Source of the DNA: Carcharhinus amblyrhynchos
Lineage: Eukaryota
DNA length: 64,000 nucleotides
Assembly: GCA_965287045.1 (NCBI GenBank)
Contig: OZ336881.1
Span: 46,314,001-46,378,000, forward strand
Direction: 5' to 3'
The position numbers and the translations under genes were made by a program. Numbering within the stretch: the stretch's first letter is position 1; the number at the start of each line of letters is the position of its first letter. Under the pieces are notes generated by a model. That model was not told where the DNA came from. It made no database searches and saw nothing but the letters and a program-made list of their open reading frames with translations. This document shows, in pieces, positions 1-13,133 of the stretch.

Positions 1-600
1 AACAGTTCAGCTTGCCAAAAATGCCCTTAACATACTTTTAAAACTTCCTAAGGAGCTTAGTGGGTGATTATTTGGAGGCAAGCAGGTTTCCCATTCTCCC
101 TGTACCCTTGCCAGCTTTTAGGAAAGAAGACTGTCCCAGAGGTGGCCTCGAGACTGTGAATTTTAAATTAAGCCCAGACCTTGGTCCTGACCTCAGATGG
201 CACCCAGTCATATCCATCAAAAGATACTTGAGAAGAGGATTTCCTCTGGTTATTGGAATTTGTAAAGTTATGATGGTATGCATTATTATGAATGTTGCTG
301 CATGTGAAATGTTCTGTCCTCGTTCAGTTGATTCCTCCTTTTCAGGGGAAGAGATGCACATATCACCCCTTTGTTACTTGTCACGTGGAACTATGGACAG
401 ACAACTGAAAAATTTGGCATACATTGTTGGAATGGCTTAGTGAAGTCTTTACGATGTTCTGACCTTTCCATTAATGGAAGGAACCATGTATTTTGTACAA
501 TTATGTCAGTGAGCCTTCAGATGATAATCGAGCTGTAACATCCTTTGTGAAGCAAAGGTATGAAAGATAGGCCTGCACTGTGGGAAGAAAGATGTTTTTA

Positions 601-906
601 AAGCTTATTTATTAATGTCACAAGTAGGCCCACATTAACACTGCAATGAAGTTACTGTGAAAATATCCTAGTGGCCACACTCTGGCGTCTGTTCAGGTAC
701 ACTGAGGGAGAATTTTAGCATGGCCAATGCACCTAACTAGGACATCTTTTGGACTGTGGGAGGAAACCAGGGCACCTGCAGGAAACCCATGCAGACACAG
801 GAAGAACGTGCAGACTTCGCACAGATAGTCAACCAAACTGGGAATTGAACCCAGGTCCCCAGCACTGTGAGGCAGCAGTGCTTGCCACTGTGCCACCCTG
901 CATGCC
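601..906 (-). mobile_element. HE1-like V-SINE (tRNA-derived), tail type B
   Basis: The reverse strand reads GGTGGCACAGTGGCAAGCACTGCTGCCTCACAG...GGTTCAATTCC (tRNA head with A/B boxes), then the V-core (GGGTTTCCTGCAGGTGCCCTGGTTTCCTCCCACAGTCCAAAAG), then the tail TTCACAGTAACTTCATTGCAGTGTTAATGTGGGCCTACTTGTGAC. Confidence 0.9.
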
Positions 907-3432
907 AGTAAATGTTGATACTTGGTTTAGGACAAGATCAGAAATAATGCATAAGGTGTGGTTGCACCTGACTTTTTACTTCCCTCAACGGCAGCTGTTC
1001 CTTCTACAAGCCTGAGTATCATTAAAATCAACAAAGGAATTCCCACCCTGGTGACATTAGTTGCTGCAAGCATTGTTGCTGCTTGTAGCAAGATAGCTGG
1101 AAGAAAATGAAGGCAATAGAAGTTTCACAGTGCATAAAATTAGGCCTGAACAACGAGAAAATGAATGCACTAATAAAAATGCAAATATAGCAAAATACTA
1201 AAAGCAAAATGATTAGCTATCCAACTTACAATTAAAAAGTGATAGCTTAAAGAAGCTTGCTACTCATGGACAGATAATTGACCCACTGTATGTCTATTTT
1301 AAACGAGTGAATAATGCTGTCAGCAAGAAGGTGACAAGATAAAATTAAATATGTTAGGAAAGTTTAATGAGCCTTGCACTGATTATTAGCACATCCCCCA
1401 ATAAAGTCAGTATTTTTCTGTACTGTGAATAATGACACATTGCAGATTGGATGCATGAGCCCTCACACCTGATAGTGACCAGCATTGACTCTGAGCAAAG
1501 CTTCATAGCATTTCTGTACCCTTCCAAAAAAGGACAGAAATAGTCATCGGCCAATGTTGACAACAGTAATTCATATACTTGTGTGGACCGTGCTGGACAC
1601 GTTATAAACGTGGAGGGAATATTCCCTACGGTAACATTTTCTACAAAATAGCTTATAAAACAAATCTTTTTTTACTCTGTTTTACACTGTTAATAAGACA
1701 TCACAATTAAAGTAAGTCTCCCTCTCCCTCATTACTAAAACATTTTTGTAAGTCTTCAGAACCTTATTTCTTCAGATACCTCATTTACTTTGTTGCTGTG
1801 ATCAAATATATCAGTTATTTTGTTAATTAATGTTTTTAAATTGATGTGCATGAATATTTTCACACAACCTGGATCCATAAAGATTAGATTGTTGAATATG
1901 TGCTGTGCTGCTTCAGTTTGTTAGATTTTCATACTGTTTGCACTTTGTTTGTTGACAAAAACTGTGCCATCTTCAACTTTTCTCTGCTGAACAAACAGGA
2001 GGTTTACATGTTAGACTGACAAAATAGTGTTGCAGGAATTTGCTGGCAAGTTGATCTCAGTTAAATGAGGCCCAAACCTAATACAGGATGCATTTAGGGT
2101 CTACATTTTCAGATGTTGGCATCATTCCCCATGCCCACTTCATGCTGGCTGTATGAACAATTTTCAATGCCAGTTACTATTGCTGAGGATTAAGAATTTA
2201 GCTTAGCTCCATACCACATTTAATTCCTTTTTCACTTGAGCCATTCACAAGTAAATCTGAAATTAACTAATACATTTCATTTAATAATGAAATACTATTT
2301 CTCCTCTAAATTTGAGTTTCTTCAGGTTCTATTCATTATTTGTTTCATGAATGGAAATAAGTGTTACACAAGTTCATATTAACGTACATTTGAAGTATCA
2401 GTTCTAAATTTGCTGTGTATTACTAATCCATTCAATACCCTTTCTGCAGTAGGACATTTTCCTCAACCTTCATCCCTGTGGGTCATGCCATATTTGTACT
2501 GGCAGGAACATATTTCCCTGCTAAACATGATTTTTCACCTTGAAAAGTGTTACTAACATTGGCCTCACTGTATTGTACAAGAAATGGTGCTGGAAAGATG
2601 ATTAATTGAGAAATGCTTAACAAGCTAGATAATCAACTTTACAATGTTGTCCATAAGGCTCATATTATTTAATGCAGTGACCAGTGCAGTCACGTAAAAG
2701 GCCTGTTACCTCTGAATTTTTAGGCAAACAACATTGCTAAATTCCCCTTCAGAATTAACTTTTTTTAAAAATGTTTTTGTTTTATGTCTTGATCGAAAAA
2801 AACTTAAGCATTTAATTTCTTTCAATAAGTGATACCTTCATGAAAGAAAGATTGTTGATGTTCCAGCTGAGTTGAATATCATTTTGCTAATTTGAAGTAG
2901 AGATCTATGTGCAGTTGGAGGCTTATGGAAATTCATTTTGTTACTGACTTCCTCTGGAAATCATAGCAAAATCTGATATCCTTGTGCAGGTTGCAGTGCT
3001 ATGCCTTTTACAATCGGGTATTTTTGAATGTGTTGCAATCTGATCATAGCAAAATTGTTAATGGATTTTGTTGGTGAAACCTATGAATTACATAACCGAA
3101 TATGATCAGATAGATCAAAGCAATCAGAATATTTTTCAAAGTAGAAGTTCTGCAAGATTGACCATACAATGTTTTTAAATGTGAATTCCCAACCAGCGTA
3201 AAAGTTAATTAATGGATGCTTGGTTTTAGTGCTCCAATATATCAGGATCAAATGAGACTGAATTATTTCGTCTGTAGCTGGCCGGCATTTTTTTAATATT
3301 TAGTTTTTTAACTGTTTGTCTGGATGTCTTAATTGCATCTTGTGTGCTCTGCTTAAGCTTGTGTTGCTATGCAACTTGTAGATGACCATTTCATCTTATC
3401 AGCAGAGAGTACAAACAATCACGGGACCCACT

Positions 3433-3565
3433 GGAGCGGGATTTTCTTATCTTGTTCGTCCCTGCCACCGGTGCCAGTAAAAATGGAGAATTTGGCACTC
3501 AGCTAAAACTCCTCTAAGGGACCAGAGAATTCCAGCCATGGGTGAGGTCAGAGAATCTTGGCCCA
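3433..3565. mobile_element. short MITE-like element (GGGCNGRATTTT-type termini, Harbinger-like)
   Basis: Degenerate inverted ends GGAGCGGGATTTTC...GAGAATCTTGGCCC; resembles other copies in the window. Confidence 0.55.
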
Positions 3566-4166
3566 GATCTAAGTTTCAGCAGACTAAACCAAAGCATGCC
3601 TAAATTCTAAACCTCTGCCTGAGATTGGATGGACTGTCTTTTTTCAAATGCCAATTTCTGCAAATGTGACAGTTTGTGAAATTTAGCAACTTTTAGGGGC
3701 AATTAGGATTCTTTTTTGGAATGTGGCCTATGCTCTCACTCCTGGGCTATGTGGCTGTAAGGGATTAGTGGAATATTTCTGTTAGCATGAGGTGACATTA
3801 TGGTGAATGGAGTCCTGCACCAACCAATTTAACACTCTTCATGCAAGCAGGCAGATCAAATTTTACTCCTTAATTGTTTTGTTCCTTGACCGGGAAAAAG
3901 AAATTCATTGTAGATGTGCTTAACTGAAATGTAAACTTCAGATTATCAGCCTAAGGTTTCAGGTAATATCACCAATGTTAGAAGAGAACCTTTTGAATAG
4001 TTAATCTGTTTTATGGCTATGCGAAACTTGAGAATCTTTTCAAATTTTCTTCCCTTTGGAAGTATTTTTTTTACAAGTTGGTTTGTTTATGCTCTTGGAA
4101 AGTGCCTTGGGAGAATTTTAGATTGAAAGGTGTTAAAATGGAAGTTGTTGTTTTATGTATACTGGT

Positions 4167-4462
4167 GGGTGGCACGGCGGCACAGTGATTAGCCTCACTG
4201 CGCCAGGGGCCTGGGTTCAATTCCAGCTTTGGGTCATTGTCTGTGTGGAGCTTGCACATTCTCCCTGTGTCTGTGTGGGTTTCCTCTGGGTACTCCAGTT
4301 TCCTCCCACAGTCCAAAGATGTGCATGTTAGGTTGATTGACCATTCTAAATTTTGCCTTAGTGTCAAGGGGACTAGCAAAGTAAATACTTGAGGTTACGG
4401 AGATGGGGCCTGGATGGGATTGTTGTCAGCAGGCTCAATTGGCCAAATTGCTGCCTTCTGTA
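4167..4462 (+). mobile_element. HE1-like V-SINE, CR1/HER1-type tail A
   Basis: Head GGGTGGCACGGCGGCACAGTGATTAGC...GGTTCAATTCC, V-core, tail GGCTCAATTGGCCAAATTGCTGCCTTCTG. Confidence 0.9.
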
Positions 4463-5794
4463 TTAGTCTAGCTTACCTGCTCTATCCTGCTCTTTCCACT
4501 GAGTAAGTAAAAAAAAACACCCTTTGAAATACGGCGAATTTTAATCCCAAAAAAAAGGTGGATTGAGAGGAAATGGGGATGATAATTTGTGACATTTAGG
4601 GCAAAGGACAATCAACATAGCTCCAATACATCCACTTCTGGGTTTAACTGAGGTATGTTTGAATGCTGGTAGCAACCTGCATGACAAAGGTAAAGGTTTA
4701 ATAATTGGATATTGGTGAATACTTCTTGGCACAATTAGGATAAGTAAGAACTATTGTTAAATTGGGCTTAGCTTGCTTCCAAATTTTACTTGAGCTGGAT
4801 GTGTTTCCCGGAGTTGGAGATGCTGACCGTGGAAATAGAGATGAGTTTGAGCAATCTTTCTGGATATTTCAAGTGCTGATTGTCCCATCTGAACAGAAGT
4901 TCACTTATTGCAGCCAATGTCTCAGTTCCTTTGGCAAATGTTTAACGAGTGTTTTTGTCTGGATGTAACTTGCCCTCAACCTTTCAAGATTTCAAATTGT
5001 GAAGATAAGGATTGGAGGCAGCTTGGATTTGTTTGGCAGCACATCGGAAGAGAAAGACCACCATAATCTATGGCCTGCTGTGGTGAAACCAACAGTTGTA
5101 AAGGAGAGATATGCACCTGACTGGAGTGCACAGGTGAAGGCCTGAGGTCACAGGTGACACCATCCGAGTCACAGGATTACAGAAAGAGGTTCATTCAGCT
5201 TCCTTGGTCTTATTGAAGAGCAGTGAGTCTGCAGGCTGATGTTGTCATGTAGGATGGTGGTAGGGACTGGCAGCCTCCTACAGGAATCCCTGCTGGATTC
5301 GGTGACCATACATTCCCCCTGGCAGAAAAAGTTATCACCAGTCTCATATTCAACACTGGAGCCTTTCAGCACAGACAACATGTTCAGAATTTTCCAGCTA
5401 GCTATACATAAATATAAAGAGAAGTAAGTGATTAATTGTTTGGCAAAACCAACAATTATAACAATAGCTGAACAAACAGGTATTTGAATATGTGACTCTG
5501 GCTGGATTCCACACAGGTATTGACTGCATCCATATGTCACTCTGAGCGTTGTCACAGCAATTAGGAGATTTTATAAACTGCAGGCACATTTGTCCATCTG
5601 TGTGCAGCTTGTATGCAACCATGAGTAGAAGTTCATGCAAGTCTATTCCAGATTCCCTGGCAGCTGTCATGACGGTAGATTTTACATTATATGAACTCTG
5701 TGGCATCCTGAAATATTGGCAAAGGAAATTTAAGATAAAGGTATTTAAATGCAGTACTTTACACCTTTCTCAAGCTTTTCCTTATGTAAGCGCT

Positions 5795-5943
5795 TCAAAT
5801 TCTTCAAAGAGAGTAAGTAACTTTGAAGAACTATGGAGAAGGAGCAGGAAGGTGAGACTAATTGTATTGCCTTACCAATGAGCCAATATTGATTTGCTGA
5901 GCTGAATGGGCATCTTCTGTGTTGTAACCTTCGATGATTTTAT
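5795..5943 (+). mobile_element. old CR1 LINE 3' tail fragment
   Basis: CTATGGAGAAGGAGCAGG...GCTGAATGGGCATCTTCTGTGTTGTAACCTTCGATGATT matches the CR1 3' ends at ~49100 and ~53650. Confidence 0.6.
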
Positions 5944-5949
5944 ATAAAG

Positions 5950-6240
5950 CTTCAAACCTGGCTTGTGACAACTGTGAGGAACCCGAATAATGCCACGCAG
6001 TTTGACAACAAGAGCATGGTTGTATCATTCAGTAAGCCATCGGAACACTGCAGATGTGCTTCATGTACCTCAATACATTTGGAGATGTCCTCAGTACTCA
6101 ACAGTTCAGATGTCTAAAATGTTATTAGTGTGCTGTTATTAGTGGAGGACGGGGTGCAGCAAGGTAGAGGGAAGATGAGGAATCTGTTACCAGACTAAAT
6201 GCTTACACTGTTATCGAGATGCCCTTAGTGAAGATTCACC
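5950..6240 (+). pseudogene. PIF/Harbinger (HARBI1-like DDE) transposase C-terminal relic
   Basis: Translation across two frameshifts gives LQTWLVTTVRNP...GCIIQ*AIGTLQMCFMYLNTFGDVL/QYSTVQMSKMLLVCC. This resembles the HARBI1-type motif WLMTPxRNP...IEQAIGxLKMRFRCLDxSGGxLQYSPxxVxxIIVVCC. Confidence 0.75.
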
Positions 6241-6446
6241 TTCCTGCCATCAGGGCTGTCCATCGGCTCTGGACCCAAACTTTGTGCAAAACGGTCTTTC
6301 AGCAACTCAACAACCCATTGCTAATCAACCCATTGCATCGAGCATGCATTAATATGATGAAATAAATAAAAGAATGTGTTGGTACTCAGGGCACAATAAT
6401 GGGTAAGACATGGAATTTGGGCTAATCAATAAATGTGTGTGGCACA

Positions 6447-6541
6447 AAAACAGAAAATGCTGGAAAATCTCCGCAGGTCTGACAGCATCTGTGAAGAGAG
6501 AATAGAGCCAAAGTTTTGAGTAGGGATTTCCCTTCGTCAGA
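6447..6541 (-). mobile_element. Penelope-like element terminal fragment with decayed hammerhead motif
   Basis: AAAACAGAAAATGCTGGAAAATCTC...CAGCATCTGTG repeat, also seen at ~16700, ~33690 and ~48700. The reverse strand has CTGACGAAGGG... Confidence 0.6.
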
Positions 6542-8264
6542 GTGTGTATGGCATTTCACCTCTTCTGAATAATTGGGGAGACCTTCTATCATTTGTACCT
6601 ACAGAACCAAATGGGGGAAAAAAACAATTTGTCTAGCACACTCCAGTTGAACAGTTGGAATGGGCAATGAGAAGGTGATTATCACAATGCTTGTGGAGTC
6701 ACAGGAGCATCCTTCTTTTTCATGGCTTCACAGGAAGCACGTTTTAAAAAATAATTCTCATAAGCAGAAAGAAGGCTGTTGAAGGATTCAGTCATGCAGT
6801 TTTAGAATTTACTTAGTACAATAGAAACAAAAGAAATAAGATGATTTTTCTACCATCTACCTTAAAAGTCTGACTGGAATGTATTACATGTCAAACATTT
6901 CATTCCAAGTGGCTAAAAATAGCAAGAATCACCAATCTTGTGTTTCTTGGCAGCTGTGATGGTTCTATCTTGCTTAGTGTCGGTTAAAGGAAGACAATTT
7001 GCTGTGGATATTCATTCATGCACTTGAAGCATTAGACAGTCTCAGAACAGTTGTTGTTTACACAGAGATTAGGTAAAAGCTCCTTTTTTTTAGACATCTC
7101 TATTTTGTGCCTTTTGAGTTGCAGCTCTCTGTTTCCATGCCCTGTTATTTTGTTCTCTTGCTGTCATCGCATTCATCTTAAGTATGCATTGTAATATTAA
7201 GTGACTATTATTATATTGGGAAAAATAATTATTTAAGATAAACAACATCATAAAAGCGCCTTGGATAAATTGAAATTGCTTATTCGTATTTCATTAATTA
7301 CAGAATTAAATTTAACATTTGTAAATAATAATATTTATTTTGAAATATTGAAATAGATCTATTATGAATGTGAAGTTTGACATTTTTCTCCAACTCTTGT
7401 CAGTTTTGTTTCAGCACTATATTCAGGATTTCCAAGTGATCAGATTTGGTTTGAAGCAATTACCCATGCACTATTGAGTTGGTCTGTGGGAGTTTCAGAA
7501 TGATTAGGATTATCTATTTAGCAATTGCTGTGAATCAGTCCCATCTCTCTCGCTCTCACAGATCAAACTCCAGATTCACTTCTTAGCTAATCTTGGACCG
7601 TTTTCCTTGTCTGCCCTAAACAGTGCTTAGCATGAAGCCTCAATGTGCAATTACCTCCCTCACATTTTCCATTGATTCTGAAATGTCTCTGGCTTTCTGG
7701 CCTTGGTTCTGGGCAACCCAACTTTCCCACACACAACAAAGGATCAACCACTCTCTTCTATTACACTCTGGTAAAGGGATGGGGCATTGATCAATCAGGA
7801 TCACCTCAAATAACTGGGATTCTTATCAATGTAAAGTCATTTTGGATTCACTGGCTGCAGGCTGCCAATCCAAATTTCAGCATATTAAAACCCTTTGATC
7901 ATTGCCCAAAACCAGATCTGCCTCCAGCACTTGCTGCCTCACTGTCGAGGCCAAACCCGAGCTTCCTGACTTCCCTCCTCCCAGCTGATTTTTTTATGGA
8001 AGGAAAAACCATTTTCAGCTTTATTAGTCATGCTGCACCATAAGGAAATACACAGTAAGCTCTTAGGTCTTAGTCATTCTGACATCAAAAGGTCTCATTC
8101 TAAAATATTTTAAGAATTATTTTTTAAATCAGTTGCTTAAAAAAGGCATTTTTAAATGCTATTCATGTGTACTCATTCATGACAGATTTTCTGTTTGGTG
8201 ATATGCAAATATGTTTGAGTGGAAATTCAAGAAAACTAAACATTTTTCAAAAGGGGCACTCTTG

Positions 8265-8581
8265 GAATCATAAAATCCCTACAGTGCAGAAGGAGGCCAT
8301 TCAGCTTATTGAGCCTGCACCAATAACAATTCCAGCCATGGCCTATCGTCGTAACCCCATCTGCTCATCTCCCTGGCACTGAGGGGCAATTTAGCATGGC
8401 CAATCAACCTAACCTGCACATCTTTGGACTGTGGGAGGAAACCGGAGAACCTGGAGGAAACCCATGCAAACATGGGGGGAATGTGAAAACTCCACACAGA
8501 CAGTGACCTGAGACAAGAATTGAACCCTGGTTCCTGGTTCTGTGAGGCAGCAGTGCGAAGCATTGTGCTACCATGCCGCCC
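8265..8581 (-). mobile_element. HE1-like V-SINE, tail A
   Basis: Reverse strand: GGGCGGCATGGTAGCACAATG head, V-core, tail CCTTCTGCACTGTAGGGATTTTATGATTC. ACTCTT lies near both ends (possible TSD). Confidence 0.9.
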
Positions 8582-9636
8582 TACTCTTATGGCACTCTGT
8601 ATCAGAATTGTTGATTTGCACCCAAAGTAAAGTCCTCGGTCATGATGTTTGACAAGACATTATTGTGCTACTTATAAATGACCACCATGATGTCACATTG
8701 GCTGTAGTTGCAAAGCTCATTATTGTTTTCTAACCTGGCTGTTACTCCTGGAAAAGATCAGCAGCATCTGAATAAAATTATCTTCATCAATATACATGTT
8801 GGTGCATGTTTCAAGGACATAACGCACCTTGGGGTTGGGTGGGGGGCATAGATGACGATGATAAATATCCAAACCCTGTTCACATAGTTTATGCTGTCAT
8901 CTTTGGTATGTTACCATTTTGTGAAGCACTCTGTGCTGCATCCAAATCTATACTATATATAGTACCTGAACGTATACAGTTGTAACAAGATTCATCCACC
9001 TAATAAGTGTATGACCTTGCAAAACAGCAAAGGTTGGCAGCTGTGGAAATGTTAATGAAACCGTTGACAGTTGAAGAACTCCATTTTGGGAATTGTGATT
9101 TAACTGTAGAGCAATTGTATTGAGTTTTTTTCTGAGTCCACAGATTTCTGAAATTAATCTAATCGGAACATTAACAGCTGAAAACTGAAAATAAAATATT
9201 CAGCAATTTCTGGCCCTCTCGGAAGATTCATGTCTAAAACATGTTTGTACTTGTGCAAAAAACTCTATGGAACCGAGTCTCTAGATGTTTGAAGACCTTC
9301 ATATTGGGTCTTTATAAATGTTGTGCCAATTATTTCTTTAAAATGATTTGCCTTCAGCAACTTTATATATTAGAGTTTATATTTTGCCAGATTGCACTAG
9401 GAGAGTTTTTGGGAGATGGTCTGTCTTGAGATGCAAGGCTTCCACATCACAGTGATGTAGCAATTAATCTGCCCTTAAATAATATAAAATATTCCGTCAA
9501 GACACATCATTGGATTTTTGGCCGAGTGACATAGTAGACTGAGCAGGTGCGTAAAAAATCTGATCCAACTAGCAAACTATCAAAAAGCATTTAGAGATCT
9601 TTGGAGGACAAGACCAGAAATAATGGATATCTACTG

Positions 9637-9815
9637 TGGGATTGTCCAACCTTCCAATTGAAATTGTCTCCCACCATAGATTTCCCAGCTTCAAGAAAGG
9701 GGAGCCATGGACATTGCCATTTACTTCGATGGAATTGGAAGATGTCATTGCCGGCCAATGGCGAACTACCTTTCCTGCAGGAAAACCTGTTGCCTGGGGG
9801 CTGGAAAATTCAGCC
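9637..9815. mobile_element. Harbinger-like MITE
   Basis: Ends in GGAAAATTCAGCC; internal CCAATGGCGAACT is similar to the 41806-42041 copy. Confidence 0.55.
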
Positions 9816-9825
9816 TAGAAACAAT

Positions 9826-10022
9826 GGATGGAATGTTCGCACAACCCACCACCTGTTTCACTGTGGTGGAGGCAGTCCACCATTGGCTGGTGGTGGATTA
9901 TTCTCATCCCATTGTTTTCAACAGGATTTCCCATTGAATGTACCCCTCACCCCCGGGAAACCCCCAGTGGGAGTGCAACACAAAAAAGTCATGCCGGCGT
10001 GAACAGCTGGAAAGTTCCAGCC
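9826..10022. mobile_element. Harbinger-like MITE, opposite orientation to the preceding copy
   Basis: Its reverse complement aligns by eye with 41836-42041 (TTCAATGGGA...CCACCAGCCAATGGTG). Ends GGATGGAATGTTC / GAAAGTTCCAGCC. Confidence 0.65.
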
Positions 10023-11059
10023 AGTGTGTGTTCACTCACTGTGCTTGTGGATCAGCATGTTTCTCGTGGTCATAGGTAGTATTGCTACTTTTATGCTGAT
10101 TTTATTTTCCTAATGGCACGCCTGGGGAACTACTTTGATTTTGCGTTACTGCAGAGATGCAAAAGGCAATGTTGTTCCCTTAAATGATCAGAGGAGGTAC
10201 CAAAATTACAATGCAGTGCCACAAATCCACTTATCCAAAAAACCAGAGTGGTCCAAAAATTAAGCTTTTCCATAAGCTGCTATGCATTAATTTTAATTAC
10301 AATTAAATGAATAAAATAACTAGGCTTGGTGTTGCATTGGTGCAATGGTGCATGGACTTCCTTATTTGTTTTGCCCATAGTCAGAATGGTACAAGCAGCC
10401 CTTGACTTCATCCATTCCGGCCTGCCCTAATCCACTTCAAATTCATGCAGCCTGCAAGTCAGCCTTAATTTATTTCAAATGTTATTTCTTTACTGTTTTT
10501 TTTTGTGATCTTTAATAACAAATTTAATCACTTGATTCCATGTATCTCCTACTAACTGAATTGATATCCTCCAAAAACCAGCAAGATCTGACATTCGAAC
10601 CTAAAGTTGTCAGCTTTGAGATACTCTACCTTTTTAAAGCAGTGTTAACTCTGCAGAACCAATTGCCACTCTAGTATCTATAGGCACTTGTTCAGAACCT
10701 TGTTCAGCAATTCCTTCTAGTACATCACAATTTTGAAAAAAGATTTTATCCTGTTCTGCACTCGTCTGCTTTCGCAGATAAGATGGATAGATTGAATATT
10801 TTCCAAGAGATTGTTGTGCAGGATTGCCTTTGAAGTTGCACTGGGTATTAGAAGATGAAGTGCAGTGTTGCGGCTGGTGAATGTGTTTGAAGATTGAGAG
10901 GAAAGCAAGTACTGACAATATGTTTCAACATGCCTGTTTTTGTGGTGTAATTCATTATATTTCTTTAGGTGGAAATTTACAGTGTGGAGACTAAGTCTGG
11001 CGGGCGAGGGGAAGTCAGCATAATTCACACTTTGAGGAGAGGAGGGTAGGGGTGCAGAA

Positions 11060-13030
11060 ATTTGAGCCCCAGATTTCAGAGCTGCAGCAACAGATGGAGT
11101 CACTGTCTTGCCTCACCAAACTGAGAGTTATGTGGATAGCTTGTTCAGATGGTGGCCACACCACTGCTTAAGGGTCTGAAAGCAGAGGCGGAATGGGTGA
11201 CCACTAGGCAGAGGACTAAGGCACAGGTAGCAGGAATCCCACGTGGTCCCACGCAGAAATCAGTTTTCTGTTTTGGAAGCTGGTAAGGTCACTGGTTCCT
11301 CAGAGTGCAGTCAGAGCCAGGCTTGTGGCACTATGAACAGTTTGGCTGTAGAGCAGGAGGGGGAGAAGGAAGGAAGAGTAATTGTGATAGGCATTCATCA
11401 GTTGGGGGAACAGCCAATTGTTCCTGTAGTGTAGACATGACTCCAAGGTGACATGTTACCTCCCTGGTGCCAGCATCAAGATGTAACAAAACAGCTGCAG
11501 AACATTCTTCCACAAGAGGGTGAACAACCAGAGGTTGTGGTCCACATTGGTACCAATGACTTGGGTAGGAAGGAGGTGGGGAAGTTAAGCAGTATATTTG
11601 CAAGCACGAGCTCAAGTGTAGTTATCTCTGGATTAGCCCCAGTGCCACAAGAAAGTGAGTTCAGAAATAAAACAGATGAATGTGTGGCTGGAAAGGTGGT
11701 GCAGGAAGGAGGGCTTTAGATTTCTCAGATATTAGGACTGACTCTAAGGAAAATGGCACCTGTACAGAGCTGGGACTGTGACCCTTGTGATGTGTTTTAC
11801 TAATGCTGTTGGGAGGGCTTCAAACTAACTCGGTACGGGTGTGGGAATGAAGAGGAAATATTAGAAAGGAATACCATGATGCATAAACCACTTGGAAAAG
11901 AGATCTAGCATGGAAAATAGTAAGTAAATAAGTAAAGTCAGAGTAAGGAGGAAAGCGATGATGTCTAAATCAGGGTTATTATGCATGTATGTGAATGCAA
12001 AAAGTATAACAAATAAGATTGTGGAGTTAAAGATGCAGATTGCATTATGGAAATATGATATATAACAGAGATCTGGCTCAAGGGCGGACAAGATTGGGTG
12101 TTAAATATTCCTGGGTACGAGGTTCTCAGAAAAGGGGGAAGGGAAGTGGTATTGGTTAGGGAGAGCACTGCAGTGCTGGAGAAAGAGGATGTCACAGAGG
12201 ATTTCAGAACAGAAGCAATTTGTTTAGAACAAAAAAAGAGTGCAATTACATTGCTCGGTGTAGTCAATAAACCAGCAAATAGTGAGAAGGATGCAGAAAG
12301 ACAAATCCTCAGGGAGATTATGGAGAGATGCAAACATTACAGATAGTTTTAATAAGGGACTTTTATTATTCTAGTATAAACTGAGACAATAATAGTGCAA
12401 AGGGCAAAAGCTCTTGGATAATGTTAAGGAAAATTTTCTACAACATTGTGTCCCGTTCAGCTAGAAATGATGAACAGTTGGACCTAGTTCTTGGAAACAA
12501 ACTGGGCCAAATAGATCAAGTACCAGTGGGGGAACATTTAGGAGACAGTAATGATTATACTGTAAGGTTTAGGATGATGATAGAAAAGGAAAATAGACAA
12601 TCCAGAGTAAAGATAATTAACTGGGAGGAGAGCCAGCTCAGTGGGCAAGAACAGAGCTGGACCAGTCAGACTGGAACAAAATGTTGGCAGAAAAAACTGC
12701 AGCTGAGCAATAGGTTACCTTCAAATTAGAAATAGTCCAGACCCAGCTAAGGTATTTTCCCTTAGAAAGGAAAGGTAGGGCAAACAAATTGAGAACTCCC
12801 TGGACAAATAGGAAACAGAAATTAAGATAAGGAAAAAGAAAGCGTGCTTAGGACAGGTGTCAGGTGAAAAATAAGTTGGGAACTTAGAGGAAAAAAGAAG
12901 GTTCAGAGGGGAGGTTAAAAAAAAGCACATTAGATAAGCGAAGAGAATTTATGAGAAAAGACTGCCACCCAATGTAAAGGGGATTCCCAAAATCTTCTAT
13001 GGGCATGTAAACACTAAAAATGCAGTAAAA
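11060..13030 (+). mobile_element. decayed CR1 LINE 5' half (ORF1 SGNH-esterase and ORF2 APE endonuclease relics)
   Basis: ORF fragments: EGEQPEVVVHIGTNDLGRK and VVISGLAPVP (ORF1 esterase); LNIPGYEVLRKGG..VVLVRE and LDLVLGN...VGEHLGDSND (APE). Many stops and frameshifts. Confidence 0.9.
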
Positions 13031-13133
13031 CGTCCCACCGATGTCTATAGCGTTTTGTGTGGCTTGCCTGTCCCTTTGCGGAGGCAGGGTGCGGGGGGGT
13101 TTACTTCTGGTGGGACTGGAAGATCCTGCCAAT
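13031..13133. mobile_element. Harbinger-like MITE fragment
   Basis: GC-rich CCCACCGATG...GGGACTGGAAGATCCTGCC, a motif shared with other MITE copies. Confidence 0.45.

Noticed and set aside
60-440. 126-aa plus-strand ORF and overlapping 97-aa minus-strand ORF
   Set aside because: No recognisable domain or splice context; lengths are compatible with chance.
5040-5700. Possible Harbinger Myb/SANT-like second ORF relic
   Set aside because: Adjacent to a transposase relic, but no diagnostic tryptophan-repeat motif is readable.
7645-8043. 132-aa ORF
   Set aside because: No convincing homology; at best a very decayed LINE endonuclease region.
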